A DNA stretch of 64,000 bases. Origin: Bdellovibrionota bacterium. Lineage in GTDB: Bacteria; Bdellovibrionota_G; JALEGL01; DATDPG01. Location: positions 2,400,001-2,464,000 of the forward strand of contig OY764265.1 of NCBI GenBank assembly GCA_963668355.1, given 5' to 3'. Made by a program: the position numbers and the translations under genes. The notes under the pieces are model-generated. The model was not told the DNA's origin, searched no databases, and saw only the letters and a list, made by a program, of their open reading frames with translations. Shown here piece by piece: positions 1-9,727 of the stretch (position 1 is its first letter; every line of letters starts with the position of its first letter).

Positions 1-136
1 GCATAGTCGAGAAAACCATGAATTTATCTGTTTGGGTTCGAACGACAAGCGGACTCAGTTGGATAGATTTTCCTTCAAAGATGTCTACTTCAGCCGAGGG
101 GATTCTGATCGTGACCGTATGAATTATATCCCAAAT

Positions 137-1576
137 TCAGATTGAGCGAAAAAGTCTCCGGAAAAGAAGAAATACAAAAAGAACATATCCCGTCCAAAGA
201 AGAACTGCCTCCACAGGATGGTTGTATAACTGCAGGGTATTACCCAAGAAAATGAAAAATACTGCAAGGAAAACGACTTTCCCCCAAGTTGGATAGGAAA
301 ATGGATATCTTGTGTGCCTGTGCGACAAGGCCGTCATGATCAAGCTCAGAGCTAGTATAGATAGGAAGGTGGCTATCGCTGCTCCTAAAGCGCCATACCT
401 CGGAACGAGAAAAAGATTGAGCAAAACATTGAGTACCGCACAGGAAGGGGTGGAAAAAGCCAATAACTTTGTCTTGCGGTGAAAATAAATTGGATTTACA
501 GCTGAAAAATAAACCGCAAATAAAACATATGAAGCAGAAACCCAGGGAAGAATTTTTAAGGCATCCAAGTAATCCTTGGCTATGAAATACTTTAGTAGTG
601 GTGTTCCGATCAACGTAAGAGTAGTTGCCGAGAATGCTACAGCTAATAGAAAAATGTTGGTTGTTTGGGCGTACCACCTTTTTCCATCTTTTCCTCGCTC
701 AGCCTCTTGGAAATATCTTGGAACAATAACTCTGTTTAGCGCTTCGGCGAAATTGAAGACGACAAAGCCAAGATTGTACCCAAGGCTATAAATGCCCAAT
801 TCGTAAAGTCCCCTTAGGTGCTCAAGAATGTATCGGTCTGAGAGATAGATCACCCAGTGCGCACAAGCATGAATGACAATGGGGAAGGAGTACAAAAATC
901 CATCTTTAAATGCATCCCAACTGATTCCAGTTCGAAACGGGTTTGCCTTGAACGCCGAAAAAAGAACCGAAGCAAAATAGAAAAAAGCAAAAGAAAAAGA
1001 AAAACCCCAAAAATAAGAGAGAACCCCCCAATCAAAAAGATAAAGAAAGGAAATCGTCGTCAAAAGTCCTAAAAAAGGAGGCGCATTGAGGAGGAAGGAG
1101 GAATGCAGGTGCTTGTGCCGAATGCGAAAATACTCGATTGGGAGTTGGAGTCCAGCCTGAAAAAAACCGCTTGCAAGGCCCCACTTTACGGCCATAAGGA
1201 GGTTTGCTTCGTCGTTATTAAAAAGGAACGTAGACGCGTGTGTGCTAAAGAAAAAAAGTGGAAGGAAAACAAAGAGCGCAATCGTTTGTACCGGCCAATA
1301 TAATGAAGCATAAAGTTTGGCTGTTTTCTTTGGATCGATATTTGTTGAGTAAAACTTTTGAGAGAACGCGCCATGTATCCCCAATGCCAGAAAAACAGCC
1401 ATAAATGAGGAGACCAACTCGAATAGTGCGATGGTTCCGTACTCTTCCGGAGTGAAATGCTGAGTGAAAAGAGGGAGAGACAAGAAAGCCAGCAAACGTA
1501 CTGAGATCTGAAAACCAAGGTAAGGAAAGGAAGAAAGGCCCAATTGTTTGAGTCCTTTGGATGGGCTGGTCAACAA
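137..1576 (-). CDS. Wzx/MOP-family oligosaccharide flippase
   Basis: 479 aa, many hydrophobic segments; 'LPLFTQHFTPEEYG', 'DRYILEHL..LGIY', 'LNLFLVPRYGALGAAIAT' are typical of Wzx flippases. Confidence 0.88.
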   Translation of the reverse strand: MLTSPSKGLKQLGLSSFPYLGFQISVRLLAFLSLPLFTQHFTPEEYGTIALFELVSSFMAVFLALGIHGAFSQKFYSTNIDPKKTAKLYASLYWPVQTIALFVFLPLFFFSTHASTFLFNNDEANLLMAVKWGLASGFFQAGLQLPIEYFRIRHKHLHSSFLLNAPPFLGLLTTISFLYLFDWGVLSYFWGFSFSFAFFYFASVLFSAFKANPFRTGISWDAFKDGFLYSFPIVIHACAHWVIYLSDRYILEHLRGLYELGIYSLGYNLGFVVFNFAEALNRVIVPRYFQEAERGKDGKRWYAQTTNIFLLAVAFSATTLTLIGTPLLKYFIAKDYLDALKILPWVSASYVLFAVYFSAVNPIYFHRKTKLLAFSTPSCAVLNVLLNLFLVPRYGALGAAIATFLSILALSLIMTALSHRHTRYPFSYPTWGKVVFLAVFFIFLGNTLQLYNHPVEAVLLWTGYVLFVFLLFRRLFRSI

Positions 1577-1640
1577 TGATTCCTTCTTTTCGATATCGGC
1601 ATGTAACTAGGGTAAAAAAACAGATTAGCAGAAATTCCCC

Positions 1641-2924
1641 ATGAAGCGAAAGATGTGTTTAAAATGGATGTCAAGCATGTCTGATGTGTTGGATAAAGAG
1701 AATTCAAAAAAATCGATCCTGTATCTTGTCGGAAATACGACGCAAGCGAGATATTATGAGGAGCTTGCTCGCTTAGCTCGGCAGCAAGATTTCGACTCTG
1801 TTTTTGTTTCCTTAGATGCTTATTATCAGGAAGGCGCTAACAAGGCTCTAAGCAGCAGCGAATTTGAAGTTGTTCATTTGGAAGCCCATCCCTACGAGAT
1901 GAATCATATGGACCGCCGTTCTCCTTGGAAAGAAATTCTTTATCGCTTACATATTAAAAAGATGGCTGCGAACATCTTGCGAAATCATCGACCATCAGCC
2001 CTTTTTGTATCCAATGATCGAGGCGGTATTGAAAATATTTTTATGAAACTGGTCCATGGCAAAATTCCTGTCTTTTATATCCCGGACGGAATGGATTACT
2101 TGGTTAAGCCAAAGTACCAAAAAAGGTTCAATAAATTTAAGCGCTTTGTGGACAACCTCATCGAATGTGTATTCGGAGTCAGAATTTTACCTGTCCGAAG
2201 GGGAGAGAGCGGATTGTTTTCGACACTTTGTCTGGGCGGCCCAAATGTGAAACAACACTCGCATTTTCAAGATGTCCCTTCGGAGAAAATTGCGATTACA
2301 GGAATGCCAAGAGGTGATTTGGCACTTGCCTTTGAAGAATCTGATCGCAAGTATTTGCGAGAACGATTGGGTATTCCGTCTGGAAAACGCGTTGTGTTGT
2401 ATGTTGCTTCGACGTGGAAAAAACATTGGCCCCATGTCAGTTTTGAAGATGAAGTCGCTATTCATCAGGGAGTCATCGATACTTTCGAGTCGCTTTCGGG
2501 TTTAGCATTGGTTGTGAAGCTTCATCCGGTAGACGAGATCGCGATGAAGAAAAGTCTCAAATATGGAAAAGGGGTGTCTGTCGTACATACAGAATTTACT
2601 GCGGAAGAATTGATGGGCATTTCTGATCTGGTCGTAATGATGCCTTCGACTGCGATTTTATCGGTTCTTCAGTTGAAGATCCCTTTAATCGTTTTAGAGC
2701 CTGATTTTTTCCCTTATGTTTCGCTTTCTCCTGAGCTTAAAAACGTGGTCCGTTCAGTTGATGGTTTGAAATCATTGTTTTTGAAAAGCGAATGGAAAAC
2801 AGTGGCTTCGATGGCATCAATAGAAGGAGAGAAATATCTTCAGGGCGAACTTGTGGCTCAAGGAGAAGAGGCCTGTAAAAATATTCTGAATGTATTGAAA
2901 GAAAAAATATCTAAACCATACTGA
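1641..2924 (+). CDS. GT-B fold transferase, possibly a nonulosonic-acid (sialyl-type) transferase
   Basis: 427 aa; 'ITGMPRGD', 'VVKLHP', 'SDLVV..ST' C-terminal pattern; HP and 'PDG' motifs resemble those of bacterial sialyltransferases; next to neu-type genes. Confidence 0.55.
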   Translation: MKRKMCLKWMSSMSDVLDKENSKKSILYLVGNTTQARYYEELARLARQQDFDSVFVSLDAYYQEGANKALSSSEFEVVHLEAHPYEMNHMDRRSPWKEILYRLHIKKMAANILRNHRPSALFVSNDRGGIENIFMKLVHGKIPVFYIPDGMDYLVKPKYQKRFNKFKRFVDNLIECVFGVRILPVRRGESGLFSTLCLGGPNVKQHSHFQDVPSEKIAITGMPRGDLALAFEESDRKYLRERLGIPSGKRVVLYVASTWKKHWPHVSFEDEVAIHQGVIDTFESLSGLALVVKLHPVDEIAMKKSLKYGKGVSVVHTEFTAEELMGISDLVVMMPSTAILSVLQLKIPLIVLEPDFFPYVSLSPELKNVVRSVDGLKSLFLKSEWKTVASMASIEGEKYLQGELVAQGEEACKNILNVLKEKISKPY

Positions 2925-2929
2925 GATTC

Positions 2930-3976
2930 TTATGCCTCAATTTCCAGATACTCTTTAACCAACTCCAAGACGTTATTGTATTGGAGTGGCGCAGACTGGC
3001 TTGACGCGTAGGCCTGAGAAGAGGCGCTTTTGCAATCTGTATATTGATTTTTTAGGTTACATAGTTCAGGAAATTGTAAATACGGTCTAAGAATGAACAT
3101 GTCATCATTTTCGACCGCTAGCTGGGCTTCCTCTTCCGTCATCATGATTTCATCGAGTTTTTCGCCAGGCCGAGGTTCTGTGAAGATGATTTGTTTTTGA
3201 GACTTATCCTTTTTGTGAGTCTTATTTAAAATCTCTACAAGGGCCTTCGCCAAGTCAGCAATTCGGATAGCCGGCATTTTTAAAACAAAAATTTCAGCTC
3301 CCTGCATAGATGTAGCAGCTTTTAAAACTAAATTTGTGGCTTCGTGGATACTAAGGAAGAACCTTGTCATATTCTCGTGTGTAACCGTAATGGGCTGATT
3401 GGAGTCGTACTGGCTTTTGAAAATGGGTAAAACGGAGCCTCTGGACCCAATCACGTTTCCAAATCTTACAACTGAACTGATGAGCGGGCGGTTTCCTCGA
3501 TGATAAATCGTGCTGGTAACTAACTTTTCTGCCAAGAGTTTTGTGGCTCCCATGACATTGAGAGGGGCCACAGCTTTGTCTGTGCTGATGGAAATAAGTC
3601 TCTCAACATTATTCTGTAATGCGGAGTTGATGATGTTTTCAGTTCCAATCACATTGGTTTGGACAGCTTCAAATGGGTTGTATTCACAGGCCGGGACGTG
3701 CTTTAGGGCAGCAGTATGAAAGACAATGTCAATTTCATTCATGGCTTTGTGTACGCGGGCCTGATCCCTGATGTCGCCGATTTGCCAACGTAACACTTCA
3801 GGATTCTTTAGTTTTTGAGCCAAAACAAACTGTTTGTGCTCGTCTCTTGAGAAAATACGAATTTGCTTGGGATGATGTTTAAGTAGCTTTTTTACGAGAG
3901 TCGATCCAATGGATCCTGTTCCTCCGGTTACGAGGATTCGTTTTCCTGAAATCAGTAAATCTAAATTGTTGTTCAA
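2930..3976 (-). CDS. NDP-GlcNAc 4,6-dehydratase (PseB/CapD, polysaccharide biosynthesis family)
   Basis: 'ILVTGGTGSIG', 'FHTAALKHVP', 'ISTDKA', 'VRFGNVIGSRGSV', 'MTRF'. Confidence 0.92.
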   Translation of the reverse strand: MNNNLDLLISGKRILVTGGTGSIGSTLVKKLLKHHPKQIRIFSRDEHKQFVLAQKLKNPEVLRWQIGDIRDQARVHKAMNEIDIVFHTAALKHVPACEYNPFEAVQTNVIGTENIINSALQNNVERLISISTDKAVAPLNVMGATKLLAEKLVTSTIYHRGNRPLISSVVRFGNVIGSRGSVLPIFKSQYDSNQPITVTHENMTRFFLSIHEATNLVLKAATSMQGAEIFVLKMPAIRIADLAKALVEILNKTHKKDKSQKQIIFTEPRPGEKLDEIMMTEEEAQLAVENDDMFILRPYLQFPELCNLKNQYTDCKSASSQAYASSQSAPLQYNNVLELVKEYLEIEA

Positions 3977-3980
3977 AGCG

Positions 3981-5096
3981 TTATCCTTTTCTTTCCTGAA
4001 AGAGATTTAAAGCATCTAAGACGGTCTGAGACACTTGATCGATCTGTTGTTCAGATATGCCGGGGAAAAAGGGTAGAGCCAATGTTCTCTGCGAAACGTC
4101 TTCTGCCACTGGGCAGAGCCCCGACTTCAAACCAAAGGTGTTTTTGTAGAAGGGCTGTAAGTGAATGACGGGAAAGTAAGGGGAAGATTGGATCTCCCGT
4201 GAACCAAGATACTCGATGAACTTTTGCCTTTTCTCTGTGTCAAAAAAGGAAGGCAATTCAATGACAAACACAAAAGGACTTAGCTCATCTAGTCCATTTT
4301 CTAGAGGTGTTTTGATCGGTGAGCCCTTCAAAGATTGAATATACTTTTTTGCTACCCATCTCCGCTTTTCGATCATTCTCGGTAGTTTCTGAAGCTGCGT
4401 CAGAAGAAGAGCACATGACAAATCCGTCAATCGATAATTGAATCCAAGTTTGTCGTGAACGAGCCATTTTTGATCTCCGGATCGACCTTGATTCCGTTCA
4501 CTTTGGGCGCGTTGGGCGATGTGGGGGTCGTCGGTGACAAGAACCCCGCCCTCACCACAGGTGATTTGTTTGTTTGCATAGAATCCGAATGCGCCGAATC
4601 TTCCGAATGTTCCGGCTTTGGGAGTCCCTAAAGCTTCACACGAGTCCTCAATCAAAAAAAGATCATGTTTATCAGCAACTTCTTGGAGGGTTTTCCAGTT
4701 AGCCAGACGACCAAAAAGATCAACAGCTAGAATCCCTTTGGTTTTTGGAGTTATGGCTTTTTCAATTAGGGAGGGATCGAGATTGTAGGTTTCCTGTTCG
4801 ATATCCACAAATTTCGGAATTCCCTGCTCGAAAAGAATGCAATTGGCACTGGCGATGAAACTATAAGGTGTAGTGATGATTTCATCTCCAGGCTGAATAT
4901 CAAGGCCCCTCATTCCGAGATGAAGTGCGGCTGTTCCACTGGAGCAAGCCACGGCAAATTGCGTCCCCACGAACTTGGCCAATGCGGCTTCAAATTCCTC
5001 AACCTTTGGCCCTAAGGAGAGCCTACCGCTTTTCAGAACGGCCATGACGGCCTCAATGTCGTTGGAATCAATATCGGGTTTGGCTAGGGGAATCAT
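3981..5096 (-). CDS. DegT/DnrJ/EryC1/StrS sugar aminotransferase
   Basis: 'SSGTAALHL', 'IEDSCEALG', 'FYANKQITCGEGG', 'GFNYRL'. Confidence 0.93.
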   Translation of the reverse strand: MIPLAKPDIDSNDIEAVMAVLKSGRLSLGPKVEEFEAALAKFVGTQFAVACSSGTAALHLGMRGLDIQPGDEIITTPYSFIASANCILFEQGIPKFVDIEQETYNLDPSLIEKAITPKTKGILAVDLFGRLANWKTLQEVADKHDLFLIEDSCEALGTPKAGTFGRFGAFGFYANKQITCGEGGVLVTDDPHIAQRAQSERNQGRSGDQKWLVHDKLGFNYRLTDLSCALLLTQLQKLPRMIEKRRWVAKKYIQSLKGSPIKTPLENGLDELSPFVFVIELPSFFDTEKRQKFIEYLGSREIQSSPYFPVIHLQPFYKNTFGLKSGLCPVAEDVSQRTLALPFFPGISEQQIDQVSQTVLDALNLFQERKG

Positions 5097-5163
5097 GCGA
5101 TATACCTCTTAAACTTAGCGGCTTGATAGTATCTACATTACATGAAAAAATCCAAGGACTAGG

Positions 5164-5892
5164 GTGTCTATGCCAAAAAACAAATTTGAATCAATTCTTG
5201 CCATTGTGCCGGCGCGGGCTGGCTCCAAAGGGGTTCCGAAAAAGAATCTCAGAAAACTGGGTTCGAAGACGCTATTGGGTTGGACACATGAGTCCGTAGC
5301 TTCCGTGAATTCATTTAAAATTCGTACCATTCTTTCTACGGAATCCGAGGAAATCGCCGAATTGGGTCGTTCCGTAGGCTTGGAGGTCCCATTTTTACGG
5401 CCGGAGGCATTGGCTCAGGATCGTAGTTCTTCGATGTCGGTGGTAGAGCATGCCTTAGCTTGGTTTAAAGAAAATGAATCCTACCGTCCGGATCTAACGA
5501 TGGTGTTGCAACCGACTTCTCCCTTTCGAACGGGTGAATCGATTGAGAAGGGATTGGATTTGATGGCCGATCCCGCATTCGATGCCGTAATTGGGGCCAC
5601 GCGGATTGAGCGCTCTTTGGGACTCTTGTTTTTTCCAACCTCGAAAGGCTATTTGTGTCCTGTGGTTCCGGGGAGTGATCAAACGCCTCAACGTCAGCTT
5701 GCCAAAGAAATGCTCACGCCCAACGGTGCCCTCTACATCATTCGAACAGATGTTTTGGAGAAGGAACACACCTTTTTTACAAAACGTCTAGGGGTTGTTC
5801 GGATGGGGGTTATTGAAAGCTTGGATGTCGACACTCTTGAAGACTGGGCATTAGCCGAGTCTTGGGCCAAAACGCTTCCAGTCAAACTCTAA
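5164..5892 (+). CDS. Acylneuraminate cytidylyltransferase (NeuA-like)
   Basis: 'IVPARAGSKGVPKKN', 'LQPTSPFR', 'NGALY', 'SLDVDT'. Confidence 0.92.
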   Translation: MSMPKNKFESILAIVPARAGSKGVPKKNLRKLGSKTLLGWTHESVASVNSFKIRTILSTESEEIAELGRSVGLEVPFLRPEALAQDRSSSMSVVEHALAWFKENESYRPDLTMVLQPTSPFRTGESIEKGLDLMADPAFDAVIGATRIERSLGLLFFPTSKGYLCPVVPGSDQTPQRQLAKEMLTPNGALYIIRTDVLEKEHTFFTKRLGVVRMGVIESLDVDTLEDWALAESWAKTLPVKL

Positions 5893-6987
5893 TACGGATT
5901 GGACGATGACTTGGCTGGCGTTTCCAGTTCCATATAAAAACCGGGTCTCTGTCATTCCTTTTTGAAATTCCGCTGTTGAAATATCTGTGAGAGCCTGGGT
6001 GATGCGATTGGTGTCAAAGGGGCAATGAATCACATTCGTTCCACTTTCTCTTCCGATTTGACGGTTTCCCAAATTTATCGTTGGAACTTGCAGGAAGGGG
6101 GTTTCCAGGATCCCTCCACTGGAGTTTCCAATCAAAGCTTGAGCGTGTTGAAGGAGGGCTCGGTACCATTTGTGATGAATATGAGGAATGAAGTGAAAGT
6201 TGGGATTTTGTCTCGATTCATTTTGTAGGGCAGCCAAAATGGCTTCGTGGCCTGAGTCAGAATTCGGAGCCAGAGCGACGACGGCCTTTTTCTGCGTTTT
6301 GAGTGCCCGTAATGAGGTTTCGATTTGGACTGAGGACTTTTCATATGCATCTGTTTCCGAGTGTTGCAAAAGGACGAAGTAATTCTTCTTCTCGAGTGGA
6401 AAGCCAATCTCCTGGTTTAAATCGTTTATGGAGGGGAGGGGCTCTTTTTCAAAAACGTCTAACGCGGGGTTGCCAGAGAAAATGATATGGTTTGGGTCTT
6501 CACCGATTTGCACGAGGTGTTCCTGACTTCTCTTTGACGCTGCAAATAGGAGGTGAGAAAAGCCACTGATCGCAAACCGATTTGGATCATCTACCCCCCC
6601 CGATCGATCTCCAGCAAATAACTGCGCCATACCGAAACCAAAGTGTGCTCCACAAAGGCATGCCATGAGTTGTTCGTCTCGGTCTCCGAGCAACAACAAA
6701 ACGTCGGGTTTCTCTTCAGAAAGAACCTGAGCAAACCCTTTTAATGTTTCACCCATACCCTTTAGGACATCCTTGGGGTGATCCGTGTCGTGAAGCGTGT
6801 CGATCTCCGCAAGTACCTCAAAACCATCTCGCCTGATTTCATCTCTCGTCATTCCAAACGATTTGCGTAAGTGCATTCCCGTGACGAGAAGTTTCAGGTC
6901 GACGGTTTGAGTTTCTCGAAAACGCTCTAAAACCGGCCTTGCCAAGCTATAGTCTGCTCGAGTTCCTGTGACGTACACAATTTTCAT
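5851..6987 (-). CDS. neuC: Hydrolysing NDP-sugar 2-epimerase (NeuC/LegG-like)
   Basis: 'VTGTRADY', 'VTGMHL', 'LLLGDR', 'IGNSSGGI', 'INLGNRQIGRE'. Confidence 0.88.
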   Translation of the reverse strand: MKIVYVTGTRADYSLARPVLERFRETQTVDLKLLVTGMHLRKSFGMTRDEIRRDGFEVLAEIDTLHDTDHPKDVLKGMGETLKGFAQVLSEEKPDVLLLLGDRDEQLMACLCGAHFGFGMAQLFAGDRSGGVDDPNRFAISGFSHLLFAASKRSQEHLVQIGEDPNHIIFSGNPALDVFEKEPLPSINDLNQEIGFPLEKKNYFVLLQHSETDAYEKSSVQIETSLRALKTQKKAVVALAPNSDSGHEAILAALQNESRQNPNFHFIPHIHHKWYRALLQHAQALIGNSSGGILETPFLQVPTINLGNRQIGRESGTNVIHCPFDTNRITQALTDISTAEFQKGMTETRFLYGTGNASQVIVQSVLEFDWKRFGPRLG

Positions 6988-8078
6988 GAAAAATCACTCC
7001 ATGCGAAGGGTTCATCTCGGAGTTTGTCGATCAGCAGCTTTTTCCCACATAAGGACATCAAATCGTAGGGTGGAATTCCGGTTCCAGGCCTTTTTATCGC
7101 GATGTCTTTCTCCGAAAGAATGTGACCGACGTTTAGGTCTTGGGCGGCGATTAGGCTCTTTCGGACCAATTTTCGAGTTTCACGTTCTTGTTCGGTCGGT
7201 TTTTTCTCAGAACTTCCCAACAAAAGATCACGTTGCTTGGAAGAGAGGGCAGATGTCGAACTCCCTTGGCTTCGAAGCGCTTGAACGGATGAAATATAGT
7301 CCTTAAGTTCCTTGGGTTCAGCAGAGGCCTTATGGTCAGGTCCGGGAAGGGTCTTATCCAACGTGAAGTGCTTTTCCAGGCAAACTGCTCCCAATTCCGT
7401 GGCCAACAACCCCGCCTCTTTTCCCAGCGTATGGTCCGAGTAACCTACGGGGAACTTAAATTTTTCGAACAAGGTTTGCATGGCTCGAAGATTCACATTT
7501 TCTGGCGGACAGGGGTATTCGCTCGTGCAGTGCAAGAGCATCAGGGATGTTTTGGAATCCGAAAAGGCAGAAATGGCTCGATCTACCTCCGAGAGGTCGC
7601 TCATTCCAGTGGATAGAATGACGGGCTGAGAAAGCGTCGACAGCTCTTTTAAGTAGGGAATATTCGTCAAATCACCACTTCCCACCTTAAAAGCCATGAC
7701 TCCAAGTTGAATGAGGAGTTGGGTTCCTTTCATTCCTGAGTGGGACGTGGAGAGAAAGAGAATGTTCTTTTCCTTTGCGAATGCAGCCAATTCCTCGTGT
7801 TGGTCGATGCTCAATTCATATTTTTTCAGGAGATCTTGTTGGTTTCCCTCAAATCCAGTGTTTTCCTTCTGATAGCCAGCCATCGGAGTCTTTGAGATCG
7901 TCACATCCTCGGCTTGAAAGGTCTGAAATTTCACGGCATCGGCACCCGCCCAGGCGGCGGCATCAATCATTTCCTTCGCTAAAACAAGGTCTTGGTTGTG
8001 GTTTACGCCAATTTCCGCAATACAGAACACCGGAGAACGGGGTGAGAACTCTTTATTGGCGATTTTAAATGTCGACAT
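6984..8078 (-). CDS. neuB: Nonulosonic acid synthase (NeuB family) with C-terminal SAF domain
   Basis: 'IAEIGVNHN', 'AVKFQTF', 'LHCTSEYP', 'GYSDHT', 'EKHFTLD', 'KRPGTGI'. Confidence 0.93.
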   Translation of the reverse strand: MSTFKIANKEFSPRSPVFCIAEIGVNHNQDLVLAKEMIDAAAWAGADAVKFQTFQAEDVTISKTPMAGYQKENTGFEGNQQDLLKKYELSIDQHEELAAFAKEKNILFLSTSHSGMKGTQLLIQLGVMAFKVGSGDLTNIPYLKELSTLSQPVILSTGMSDLSEVDRAISAFSDSKTSLMLLHCTSEYPCPPENVNLRAMQTLFEKFKFPVGYSDHTLGKEAGLLATELGAVCLEKHFTLDKTLPGPDHKASAEPKELKDYISSVQALRSQGSSTSALSSKQRDLLLGSSEKKPTEQERETRKLVRKSLIAAQDLNVGHILSEKDIAIKRPGTGIPPYDLMSLCGKKLLIDKLRDEPFAWSDFS

Positions 8079-8164
8079 GATCCGAGGTGTGTTCCTATGT
8101 TATATGGAATTTTTCAAACTTCATCAGGATTTTGTAGAATCTGAGGATAAGGAAGTGAAAACGG

Positions 8165-8956
8165 ATGGCTCTAAAGATCTTGTATTTTGGTAGTGATAAA
8201 CCCAGTTCTGTGGAGGGGTTGCGTGTCCTGGTGGAGTTGGGCCATGTGGTTTTAGGCGTTGTGGGTCCTGATATTAAGAGACCCTCCCTAGGGTCTCAAA
8301 GTCTGTTTGAAATGGCTCGAAGAGTGGGAGTTCCCATGATCACCCCCCAGGAAGTCGATGAGTTAAACGTACGCAAGGACGTTGATCTCTTAATTTCTTT
8401 TCTCTACTCCCAAAAATTGGATGAAAGCCTACTTGCCATTCCTCGTTTGGGGGCAATTAATATTCACAATGCTCCACTTCCGGAGTTTCGGGGGGTAGGG
8501 GGGTATAACCATGCGATTCTTCAAGGTCTTGAAGAGTGGGGGGTTACAGCTCATTTTATGGACAAGAACCTGGACACCGGAGACATCATTCATGTTCGAA
8601 GGTTTCCCATTGATCCGGAAAAAGAGACAGCACTCTCCTTGGATCAGCTCTCTCAAGAGCCCATGTTGGAATGCCTAAGATTCGTGATGGAAAAACTTCA
8701 AAAAGGAGAATCTCTGGATCGACTGAAACAAGATCAAGGAACGTATTATTCCAAGAAAGATCTCGAGAGACATCGCAAGATTTTGCTAACGGATAGTCAA
8801 GAAACAGTTTTGAGGAAGATTCGAGCCTTTTGGTACCCTCCTTACTCAGGGGCCACAATTGAAATCAACGGTTTGGAAGTTTCTTTGGTTTCCGAATCGA
8901 TACTTAAAAGCCTTGGTTGTTTGATTCATGGATCAAGCGAAATAGGGGGAAAATAA
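8165..8956 (+). CDS. Formyltransferase (Fmt-like, probably sugar N-formyltransferase)
   Basis: 'INIHNAPLPEFRG', 'GVTAHFMDKNLDTGDII'. Confidence 0.87.
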   Translation: MALKILYFGSDKPSSVEGLRVLVELGHVVLGVVGPDIKRPSLGSQSLFEMARRVGVPMITPQEVDELNVRKDVDLLISFLYSQKLDESLLAIPRLGAINIHNAPLPEFRGVGGYNHAILQGLEEWGVTAHFMDKNLDTGDIIHVRRFPIDPEKETALSLDQLSQEPMLECLRFVMEKLQKGESLDRLKQDQGTYYSKKDLERHRKILLTDSQETVLRKIRAFWYPPYSGATIEINGLEVSLVSESILKSLGCLIHGSSEIGGK

Positions 8957-9727
8957 CTCGGGGTAGGTGCTCTCCGAAGTGTCTTTGAAAGCGGTTTTTA
9001 AATCGATTTCTCTTTGAAGAAAGTTTTTGGCCACTTCATCTGTGAAGTCTATATTTTTGGAATAGCGAATCTCTTTGCTTCGATCCTGACGAACCGTGTC
9101 GATACGGAAAATCTCTCCACTAGAAATTCGTTCAATGAGGGATTTATGTGCGACAGAAACGGCCTTCATTGTAAATTGAAAAGAGGTCTCATTCTTAAAG
9201 AGAGGAAGACAGTGATAAAGGATAGGGCCACTGTCCAGACCTTTCCCAAGTCGATGAATGGTGGCCCCAACATACTTCGGATTGTTGTCGTAAAGGGCCC
9301 AAAAATTACAGGAAGAACCTCTGTAATAAGGGGAAAGGCCCATATGAATATTGATTGCTTTGTGGTCAATTAAAAAGTCCACCAACCAACCCTTGATATA
9401 GCTGGCACCGAAAACCACATAAATGTCTGAAGTTAGCGCATCTTGAAGAGTGTCTTGTGAAATGTGACTGATGTCACCCGCCTTCATAGAAAGACAACGG
9501 ACCTTTGGATTCGAAAAGGCAATTTCTCCGAACCAATGCTGCTCAGCTTCCATTACGTTGGAAAAATAGGTCTGCATGACTGAACTCTTTTGAAAAAAAT
9601 CAGCAATTTTTCCTGGAAAGACTGTGGAGCATTCTTGAATACAAAAAACTTCTTCGCAAACACTTGAAAGTTTGCGAGCCAAGGCTAGGTGTCTGGGTTG
9701 ATTGCTCGTAAACAACGTCGCCTTCAC
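8933..9727 (-). CDS. Formyltransferase-family protein
   Basis: 'INIHMGLSPYYRG', 'GATIHRLGKGLDSGPI'. Confidence 0.82.
   Translation of the reverse strand: MKATLFTSNQPRHLALARKLSSVCEEVFCIQECSTVFPGKIADFFQKSSVMQTYFSNVMEAEQHWFGEIAFSNPKVRCLSMKAGDISHISQDTLQDALTSDIYVVFGASYIKGWLVDFLIDHKAINIHMGLSPYYRGSSCNFWALYDNNPKYVGATIHRLGKGLDSGPILYHCLPLFKNETSFQFTMKAVSVAHKSLIERISSGEIFRIDTVRQDRSKEIRYSKNIDFTDEVAKNFLQREIDLKTAFKDTSESTYPELFSPYFA

Noticed and set aside
1..145. Possible 3' end of a + strand gene at the window edge
   Set aside because: Under 50 codons visible with no recognisable motif; frame cannot be assigned.
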